Assembly (NCBI RefSeq): GCF_964355755.1
Contig: NC_092677.1
Location: 15,212,101 to 15,276,100 of the forward strand
Source: Antedon mediterranea
Lineage: Eukaryota > Animalia > Echinodermata
Direction: 5' to 3'
DNA: 64,000 nucleotides
Shown here piece by piece: positions 1 through 11,000 of this stretch; positions within the stretch are counted from its first letter, which is position 1; each line of letters begins with the position of its first letter. The notes beneath the pieces were generated by a model. The model worked only from the letters and a program-made list of their open reading frames with translations, did not search any database and was not told where the DNA came from. A program made the translations under genes and the position numbers.

Positions 1-883
1 ATTCATTTATTTCATGAAATCAAACTATTACCTAATCATTAAAACATGCTGTAACTGAAACCTGATGCTGTCGGTGATTGGCTGTTGGCAAACAAAGTGG
101 GCTTGGCCTCTTTTAGTACCCAGATACTTTCCTGCATGATTGATGGCCACTGTTCTGTTAATTACCCATCAACAAGACTGATCAGGGTCAAAACAATTAC
201 AGGCAATTATAGTACCCCGGGTTAGCCGGGGTACTAAAAGCTCACGTTAAATAGGGCTCGTTTTCCTAATGCCTTTTTTTTAGCTGTAATGCCAACTAAT
301 ACTAGTTTTGACATCAGAGTTAAAAGAAATCTTAATGACATTTTTACACAACCACAGGCTATCGACAAATACAGTACACATCATTTGAGAAGCAAATAGT
401 TATTTTAGTAGCTGATTATTTATTTAATACTAATTGTAAGCTATTTTCCCATGACTACATAAACTTTGGGTATTGTAGAAGGATACATGGCCTGTATGCT
501 CAATGAAAAACTTCTATAATAGATTTTGCTTGTAAACAACATTGTTAATTGATATCAATGAAATCAGTCTCCCATGACTTCTGTTTTGATTCAAAGAGAT
601 CTTTAAATTACTATGTTATTGTTACACAATGGTTTTAGTAACTCTATAAGTGATAAACAGAGAAAAATTGTAAAAAAAGATGGTGAACATAGTATTGAAC
701 AATGGTATAATGCCTATGAATGTCCTGCGCTTACCGGGACCCAAATATGTCGAAAAAGGCTAAAAATGTCAGAAGCCTCAAGCCTTGGAGGGCTTTAGGG
801 TCCCTAAACCAGGGGCCTTGGGTCTCTGTTACGCCACTGGACAGATATGGTGAACATAGTATTGAAATAGTGTTATTTAGATA

Positions 884-1835
884 TATTACATAGCCTATGT
901 AAATACGCGAACGTGATTGGTTGAAACTGCATCACATGACTACCGCTGCGAGGATCGTAAATCGTATATATATCCTCGAGAACGATGATATTGACTGTGT
1001 AATTTTCGCGTAATAATCGTGTTCCCTGTCATTAATCATATAAATTCTCGAGTACGATGATATTGACTGTGTAATTTTCGTGTGCAACACTCGAGTTTGC
1101 CGATAAATAAACAAAAGTCATCTACTCGATCTTGAACTCGGGTGGAATTGTCACTCCATCGCAAAACAACGTTTCATCTGCTGGGCCACGGAATTTGCTT
1201 GAAGAAATTAATCTTCTAAACTATTTAAGCTATGCATACATAGCGCCCTCATTTGTTATAAGTCCACCCTAAATGTGATGAAACACCGTTTATGATTGGT
1301 CAATACTCACGGTAGTAACCTAGTAACTAGTACGCGCTGAACATCCGGTGATTCGGCTCCTCGAAGATAGAGAAGAAGACGAATTGTTTATTCGGCCTAC
1401 CTGATTATAATATTATTATTAATAGGCTTATTGATGGAAATTCTTCTGTTAATTTAAACGACCTAGGCCTAAGTGAATATTTTATTGCCAAGGAATCATT
1501 AATTAGTAATTATCTGTATATTATTCTTCGCAAGGTAAGGTGTCTAGGCAGGCTTGTTTTAAATACAATACAAATACTATTTAAGGAGGCCTAGCTAGCC
1601 TAGCTTCACCCAACCCAGCAGACTTGTTCTTGGCTATATAATATAACAGATATTGCCTTTTATATCGGTTAAATATAAGATTTGACATCCCCTCGGGAAT
1701 GATATTAAGTTCTCGGGGAATATATATTTCCCTCAGCTGGCGCTTCGGGAAATATATATTCCCTCGAACTTAATATCATTCCCTCGGGGATGTCAAATCT
1801 TATATTTAACCTCTAAGCAGTCAATATCTGTATAA
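884..1835. mobile_element. Non-autonomous DNA element with asymmetric inverted repeats and a long terminal palindrome (Crypton-like architecture, tentative)
   Basis: tattacatagcc (884-895) inverted to ggctatataata (1632-1643); palindrome 1646-1831; internal ~45-bp direct repeat (968-1011/1039-1083); CpG-rich relative to flanks. Confidence 0.5.
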
Positions 1836-1878
1836 TGTTGTATCACATTTACCATATTTGAAATTTGTATACATATAG

Positions 1879-2166
1879 GTGCCCCTTACATCGTCAACCC
1901 ACCACAAAACGTAACAGTACGTGAAGGTATGTCAGCTATGTTCTTGTGCGGATGGGATGCATCACCGGATAATGTCACCGTTTACTGGTTCTACGACAAC
2001 GAACCAGTACATTCACTTGCAAAGTTTGGTCTTTATGCTGATATTCTACCTGATGGATCGTTATACATTGGTGATACGGATAAAGCGTTTTCTGGTTGGT
2101 ATACTTGTAATCCCAGCAATGGCATTGGCATGCCACCATCGGCAAAAGGATTTCTTTCAGTGCAAT
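1879..2166 (+). CDS. IGSF9: IGSF9-like exon, Ig domain (APYIVNPPQN...GFLSVQ)
   Basis: tag|GT..CAAT|gtaagt; Ig Cys/Trp pattern. Confidence 0.9.
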
Positions 2167-5100
2167 GTAAGTTTACATAGCTTTTGTATACCGCAGGGGA
2201 CACTAATGGACACTTAATTGGGTCCTAAAAGTGTTCCCTCAATAGATCGGTTCTTCTGTGGTATGATTTAAAAGTGTATTACAGTATTACAGTACTATAC
2301 TCACTTAAACCGATCAATTAACTATATTTTAAAGCCTATAACATTCTAAAATATTAGTTTTTTTTATTTTTGATCTTTAATTGATTATAGATCCATCAAC
2401 CCCCCAGCCAATGCCAAGCGAAATTGTAGGAGCTTTAGGTTACTCTGTTACATTAAACTGTCATGCGGACTCAAACCCAGCCATTTCAAATACAATATGG
2501 CGCAAAGATAGCATCACACTTTATCCAACTGCAGATCAAAGGTACGGTATCTTGAGTTTATGTTGTGTTTGTTTTTAATAATGGTCAAATGTTTTGCCCT
2601 ATTCAGATGTAAAGCAAAACCAAACTTAGCTCTCTCAGAGGAAATTACTTTATAGTTTAATTATCATGTTGGCGCAGTACATGCGGCCTCTTTGGAGCTC
2701 GACTCTAACCATAGATATTAAGAGATATGAACACCAGGCTAGTGTTCAGGAGGTTGCGAGTTCAAATCCCACCAAAGAATTACTTTGGAATTGGTTCGCA
2801 AATGTTCTCAACGTGATGTTATTTTCATTACTGAATAAGCATATTGTAATAAACCCTTTTAATTGCTTTTTATACACCATTTATTTAATACATATACATC
2901 ATTAGCGCATAGAATGTGATATGAAAAACAATGATGATAATACTTTGAATGTAGATCTTACATTATGTAACTTAATAAAACAGAAAAATCACAGTTATCA
3001 ATCAGTTGTGAATTAATAGCAACTTACTGCTATTAATCAATATATCTACTACTACACGACATATATGAGTTAATAAATCAGACGTACATACACATATGAA
3101 TTTAAATTGAAACAAGAGGTACATGCAGCAACTACATTTAACATTTACTACAACTTATATAAGATGTCCCTATTGCATGTTGATGTATTTTATCACACTA
3201 GTGGGGATCGTAACTTTTTTAATGATACTACCCATTTATTATATTTGATTTATAAAGCTTTTCTGCATTACCACTTGTCATACTGTAGGGACTTCAAAGA
3301 AGGAATTGTGTATGTTAAGAGAGTGTGCTTGTTTAATATGAAATATGAAAGTATTTTCCTACAAACTTTAATTCTGATGCTCTCTTGGTCACAGGTTTAT
3401 ATCTCAATATCGAAGCTCTGTTTACACTATCAAACTAGTTTGGCAAATAAACTGTGATGTGCCCACATATGGTAGTCATATGATATCATGTCATTTTTTT
3501 TGTCACATGAAGTTTGATACTGTATACAGACAGATACTTAGGAATCAGTAAACTACATTGGAATTTCTATTTCTGTCAGGGGTCTAGTTTCGTATATAAT
3601 TAGTAAATTAATGTTAATTAAATATTGAAATGTGTATTTTTCTAGGTTAAGCCTCGGTAAGTCTGGATCTCTCACCATAAACGAAGTAAAGCAAAGTGAC
3701 GAAGGCTTCTACTCCTGTCAACCGTACAACTCACTCGGATCTGCCGGTGAAAGCTCCAGCACATACTTACTCGTCAGAGGTTAGTTACCATGACAACAAC
3801 ATCATCAGTAACTTCTTTTTCGAACCTAATATTTCATTTAATAACAACTTTTAAGTGATTGCTAATAGTTACCACATGTATTTAGAAATGGTTAGTCGCT
3901 AATGTGTCTCCAATTTTCTTACGGAATGTAGCTTAGTTCGTAAACCAAGTAGATGACTCAGTCTTGGGAATATCCATAATTAAGAATCCATGGAATAACA
4001 ACTAAAATCATGGAAAATTGCAAAGGATATCAGCGGAGATCAAAGGGCTCAAATTGTTAATAGCTAATGTGTCTCCAATTTTCTGAAGGAATGTAGCGTA
4101 GTTTGTAAAGTAGATGAGTCATTCTTTGAAATATCCATTAATATTATTGGGAAAATCATGGCATGGAATAAAATACATGGAACATTCCGGGAAGATCAGT
4201 AGGAGTAGGACATTAAAGAGCTTGTATGTCTGGTTCACAGAAGGGCATTCTGTGTGTAATGTCGATATACATTGATTAATGGAAGAGCTATGTATGGATA
4301 AATTATAATTTACAAAAATAATAAATGTTTTAATAATTGATATGTATTGCCATAACAAATAGAAATCTCTAGAGCATTGGAAATCCATAGACATCTCCAG
4401 GGCATTGATTTACATTCAAATAATTCATTTATATTAGAAATCTTTGAATTTGTGTATTATAAAGTTGACATTTAAATTTAACTCAAGTGCAACTACTGTA
4501 TGTTTTTAACCATTCACTAACTGCTGATCTCCATTTAATGTCCGTATCAATCAGCTTATCAATATTTTATTCCAGAATACATTCCATATAAAACTCACAA
4601 AATGCAAAATGAAAGTGTAGAAGTAACACACCCTCTCTAATGGGTCACTTTACTTTGAAAAAAAAAACAGAAAAAGGGAACATTTTATTTTGGTTTATAT
4701 ATGTTTTAACACTATGGCCAACCACACTCAGAGAGAGCGATTTTAAGGAGAAACGTTTTGGACACTTTTCCCCTTAAAATCGCTCTCTCTTTCACTGTAT
4801 TTTGGTTACACAAAAAAGAAGTATGTAATTTGTAAATGCATTGAATGATATAAAGGTATTTGTTTATAGATGCACCCATATTCACCTCCAGACCAAAGGC
4901 ATACTACCAAAGAATGGCTGGGGAGGAGATTAGCATTCCCTGCACAGCTTCTGGCTCACCACCACCGACTGTAACATGGCGTAAGGTAAGGATTATTCCA
5001 AAGAAAATGGAGATATCACTTAATTTTTATACCCACTCTTCCTCTATACAACATTTCAACATCTATGCGTGTTATTCTATAACACCTCATTTAAAAAAGC

Positions 5101-8057
5101 ACATTTTAACTAGAGTAAATATGGAATATAAATATGTAACCTAAATTTTTGCATTTATATTGCATATATATATATATCAATTTGAATGCCTTTGCCCTTT
5201 GCTCCGATTTTGATTGTGAATATGCAAACATTTTGTATTTTAAAATTTTATAGTTATATATCTATTTTTATATATACCTGTAATTCGCAACTCGCTGTAA
5301 TAAATAAAATAAATAATTAGTTTGAATTTTAAATAACAACATATTAATAAGGATCTATATATAATAGTTGTATAAAGGTATGTTTATATATTTTTATATT
5401 GCAACTCGCAGTTGGGTGTAATTGAAATAAAAAAATAATTTAAAATAAAGAAAAAAATTGAAGATATAAATAGTTGTTTAATGGCTATATGAAGGTATGC
5501 ATACCAGTTTGCAAAGTGAACTTGTGGGTTGCTAACACAACTATATTAATACAGGTCATTTTAACTTGACAACTTTCGTCTTTTAGTTATTTTAGCGTAA
5601 ATGTATTTTTATCTTTAGAATAATTAGTCTCCGCCAGAAAGACAACACTTCTTAACTGATTAACACACGATGTTGTGTAATGTGTCACAGGTATAATGTT
5701 ACGCAGAAACATTGAATTAAGCGTCTCTACACAGAAAGACAATACCTTGGCGTCCAGCTGAAATACAGTGAGAGAGAAAGGGGAGATGGTAGTGAACAAT
5801 GATTCATTGTGACACAATTACAACAGTAGTTGTAATATTCATGGAATATTGTCTGCTTTAAAAAATCCATAATGATAGTTGACCTATACAACATTGTTTC
5901 ACCTGAAGTTCAATAGTATTATACGTAATACATTTTTTATTACAATGAGAAAAATAAGTGATAAAAAGGACTAAATGTTTGCTAATGTTTTTGGCATACT
6001 TTGACTTCATTAAAACTCAGATACATACAAAATTGGAGATAATACTATTGAAAAAAATACTGAAAAACTCCAATAAAATAGACAGCACACCATAAAAAGC
6101 CTTCCTTGTTTCATATTTTCTCAGCAGTTAAAGTGTTAAAACACAATGTTGTAGCTTCATTTCATGCTCTAAGTGACTACACAACTGTAATTTTATTTTG
6201 CGCACTCTCAGGTGTGTCTGCGTGTGCACATAATGGCTGTTTGACATGAAGCTACTGAATTTTTCTATTTACTATGAAAAGACTACTGAAAACAATTGTA
6301 GCAAGTTGATTGACTGTCTGCTGTAACAAGTTACAATCAGTTAGCTGTGTTTTAAACATGGAAGTGGCATAGATGTAATAGATTGATTGTTTAGTGGTTT
6401 GATAGATAAGGTGTATAGAACAAATTCATTCTCATTTATTTAGTGATGAGAATGCCAACTTATTATTTATGAGACATATGGGATGCATGTTTGACACGAT
6501 CTTCGCTTTTTAAAAAATGTTTCATCTCTACGTGGAAAGACTATCTGACTGTTCTTTGATAAATCGCTGTCATTTGAAATTAATTTCGCTTCCTTTTTTT
6601 TATTTCAGAATTTGTTGTTGTAATACATGACTATTAAGAACATTAAAACGATTAGATGAACTAACAATTCATTTTACTTTTACCTTATTATTACTTAAAC
6701 CAGTTGAACCATCTTTTGACATTAGTTAAAGTTTGTAATACCATATATCCTGGCTTTACCACGTTGAAACACCGGTTCTCGTCAGATCACCGAAGTTAAG
6801 CGACGTTGGGCCTGGTTAGAGCTTGGATGGGAGATAGGAATAACAGGTGGTGTATACGGAACTGGGGTCCCGTTAGGCATTTGAAATCAGCACTGCTGAC
6901 TCTTATGGCAGCCTCTGCATCTAGTATCTGCCTCAGACCTCTGGTCAAGGTGGGCACTGGACGAGAGAAGCCCTTGATCAATGTTAGAACCAATCAAGGT
7001 GATTTAAACAGTCCTGGCTTTGTTTGTATCAAACCTGTTAGTGGCGGTAATTATCGCTGTTGGTTTCAATTAAATAAAATAAAATAAAATAAAAAATAAT
7101 ACCACTATGGGTCTAATCTCACATCCTACTTTACTTATACTTCCTTTTTTATTTATTTTTTTTTATTCTAGAATTTTTTGTTGTTGTAATACATGACTAT
7201 TAAGAACATTAAAATGGTTAGATGAACATTTTACTTGACCTTATTATTACTTAAACCAGTTGAACCATCTGTGACATTAGTTAAAGTTTGTGTTACCGTA
7301 TATCCTTGAGTGTAATACCCCAAAGTCAGCCCAATTTCATGTTCTTACATTGCAATACAAAAATAAATTTTATGATGACAGACCGGAGCTACAGAAGATT
7401 ACATTTACTGTCTAATACTCTAGTAAACTTGTTAAAAAGCATCTTGTGATCACACTAATTTGACTGTCCTTTTACGTGATTAATTATAGTTAATTGTAAT
7501 TGTCTAATTATATATATTATATACCTATTTCATCCATAAGGGCCACAATGGAAATAAGTTTGACCATTGGTTACTTTTTTGTGCTACCCTGAATTCATTC
7601 CTGTACTGTTTTTTTTAAATGTTTTCTATTTTGAATTCGAATAAAGAAATGAAAATATGGGGGTGGGATTATACCAGAGGATATACGGTATATGTTTCTT
7701 GTATAAGTATGATGCTCTCAAGATTGTTAACTATAGTTGAATAACGATCTTGTTTGTAGGTTGATGGTATGCTCCCCATGTCACGTGCAACCACACTGGA
7801 AGGCACTTTGCGGATTGTACAGTTGCAGAAAGAAGACCACGGATTGTATGAATGTCTCATCAGTAATGTGGTTACCACATTGGTGACTAGTACGCAGTTA
7901 ATAATCGAACGTATGTCCAACATTTTTATCTGCATGAAATCATAAACTTTTATTGAGAGAGGGAAAGCAATCTAAAGTACTTGATTTGATTTTTTGCATT
8001 AAAAACATACAACATTTATGATACAAGATATATAAATATATACAATTTCAATTAAAA

Positions 8058-8088
<31 letters not shown>

Positions 8089-11000
8089 TGGCATGGCATA
8101 AACATTAGGTCTAATTAAATGTAACAACTTACAGTTTCAATTGGGGTTTGTATCATCATGTCAATAATTGTCTAATTTAAAAAACAAAATGTTGAAACTG
8201 TTTGTGCACTGACTGCTGGCTGGAAGGGAATTTCACAAAAGAAACTAAAAAGACAAATCATTATGTCTTTACCAGTGTAGGATGACTAATTAGTAATAGA
8301 TTGAAAACCAGTTAACTCCATAAAACCCATGTAATTGTAGAGTAACTATCAGATTACATGTAAGAGAAGAAACGGATAAGCCTACTGATAGACATTATAA
8401 CGAGAAAATTGTACTGTATGTGACAAAGCAATTAATATAACAAAACTGTATACACACTTTCAATGAAAATAACTTATAGATTGAAAACTACTTTTATTAG
8501 CCCTAAATTCTCATGATTTACTTGATTTACTTGATGTTGAGACTTATAAAGCCGAAGCGGTAGTTCTTTGGGAGACCTATTCAGTGGACTCTTTTATAAA
8601 GTGGACCCTCCTATAAAGTGTCACTTTCCCATGATATGACCGAGAAGCAATATATTAAGGGGACACTTTTTGGAACCCCAAGATATCCCCTTAAGCGTGG
8701 TTCCCACTAGCGACGCAGCACAAGGACGTTACGCAACGCAAGTGAATTGACCAATCACAAGCGATGGCTTATTTGCTTGTGATTGCTAACTGTCTATAAC
8801 TTCACTTGTCATTGGTTAAAACGATTGCGTTGCGTTTACGTCCTTGCGTTACGTTCTAGTGAGAACCAAGCTTTAAAGGGCATTCTACTGTAGTTTTGAA
8901 TACACTAGTGTAAATGCAACCTTGCAATATTTAAAGATTAAGTAACATGAGTTGGTTTTGGCTATAAAAAGGAATTGTAATTTAATTTAACACTATACAT
9001 ACTTTTTTTTCATTACAGAAACATCACCTCATGCACCTTACAATGTCACTGTGGTAACAACAAGTAGATCAGCAGTGATATCCTGGCAACCAGCATATGA
9101 CGGAGGACTAACTCAAAGTTATACTGTCTGGTATGTATATTATTTTTCCTCATAAAATATTGATGATTATTGTATTTATTATTATTTATTATACAGTTAA
9201 TGTACTCTACTACTACTCTGCCCAATAGTACAAAGACAATACTACCTGGCCTCAATCACTTACATTCTCACACAGTTTAATTTTGTTTCATCTTATTCTC
9301 ATTTAAACATCTTTTACCCTGACCTGTTCCAGCTCCGGCAAATATAATCGAACCTCAATGTGTTGTTTTCACAACTCTCAAAACAGCATGCCAATGCACT
9401 CGGTGCGTCATGAAAACGAAACATCTAGCAGGTGTAAAAGACATTTATCCATGCTCATTCACAGGTTTCGTAGTCACAACGTTGATGATTCCGAATGGAC
9501 AACGCTCTCACTACTACCAGAAGACGTCACATCAGCAACGCTGTATAACCTTCGACCCAACACTCAGTACGAATTCAGTGTGATTGCTAGCAATGAACTT
9601 GGCAAAAGCATGTTCAGTGAGGTTGTGATTGCTAGTACTAAAGGTATGTTTTATTCCAGCAGCTTGGCTGACAAAAATTTGTTATGCCATGCTCCTTAAT
9701 TCTGTTGTCAATCGTTAAAGGGAACTATTTGCATGATCAAACATTAGATGCACTGTGCAGATAGAAAATAAAACTATAAACCATACCTGTTGATATGATA
9801 CCATTAATAATTTTACATGTATGCAGGGCCATAAGGTTTCAACCTTTTTCACAGGGGTCATATGACAACCCTGTGGCCAGAACAGAAATTGAACTAATTT
9901 CTTATGATCACCAAACCACTTTATTTCTCGTGGCTACGGCACTTGTATGCTACACACAAATCCCGCACACAGCTTTATCACAATGCATTTGTGTGACATT
10001 TAATTTGTTTGTCACATTGATGGTAGGAAGACATATTACAGTGTTAGGGATTTCCAGAAGCAAAACCTGTATCTTTTTCACATACTTTGCTTAATTAATG
10101 CATGGAGGTATAAAAATATTTTTATACCTCCATGATTAATGCTTTCTGGAACTGTGAATAGTGACAAGGCAAGCAATATGTCAATCTATTTAAAAACGTT
10201 GATCCACATTACACAACATTTAACATTATGTAGGTGAAACCTAATATAGTCATAAACAAATAATACACATTTAACATTTAATTAACTATCTTGCTAAGAA
10301 AGGAAAGAAACATCACAATGTTAAGCTCTGTCTACACTATCAAACTAGTGTGATGTGCCCATATATGGTAGTGATATGACATCATCATGTCCATAAAATA
10401 GGCACATCACATTTTTTGTCACATAAGAGCTTTATGGAGTGTCAATTCCAGAATTGAAAATCTTCACTTTTGCAACACTTTTCTTGATGAATGCTCTAAT
10501 AAACTCTAAAAGGCAAGAAATACATAAATCTAAATGCTATCATTGTACACATTATAGTGTAGTCAACCTAATATGGCCATGAACACATCATACATATTTA
10601 ATCGACTCTCTTGCTAATAACACTGCTTTCTGACATATACAAGGTAATTAATTGGTACTACACAATTAATTCATGCAGAAAAGATAATATCTGTATAAAG
10701 GTATTTTGCAATTAATAATTGACGAGAAGTGTTGTTGTTTGCTGAATCACTACTTTGTGTGGGCTGATTACATCAAACAGTTTCTAATATTCAGAGTAGT
10801 AGGCCTAAACTACATTCAGAAGAGAAGCTTGTATTATCAACATTTCAACGACCATTTTAAATTCCCAAAACATGTAAAATTTGAAAGAAATAAAACATAA
10901 TCAATGTACTTTGTGTGACAAATGCATGGATGATTATGTGTAAAATAATAATGTTATAAATATATAACTTTTATTTTAAAAACTTTTAATGATTAACATT

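Noticed and set aside
210-236. 11-bp-stem hairpin TAGTACCCCGG..CCGGGGTACTA as a terminator or ncRNA
   Set aside because: It is isolated, with no TSD or family context visible, and bacterial-type terminators do not apply here.
2667-2775. tRNA gene (TGGCGCAGT ... GAGTTCAAATCC)
   Set aside because: The A/B-box-like motifs are too far apart with no cloverleaf; at most a decayed SINE head.
3895-4140. ~170-bp tandem duplication
   Set aside because: Ordinary diverged intronic duplication with no coding or structural signal.
6752-6856. Functional 5S rRNA gene
   Set aside because: The 5' end is truncated, there is a deletion after box C and no oligo-T terminator; it continues into a SINE body and A-rich tail. 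The ORFs 6796-6993 and 6806-7087 are by-products.
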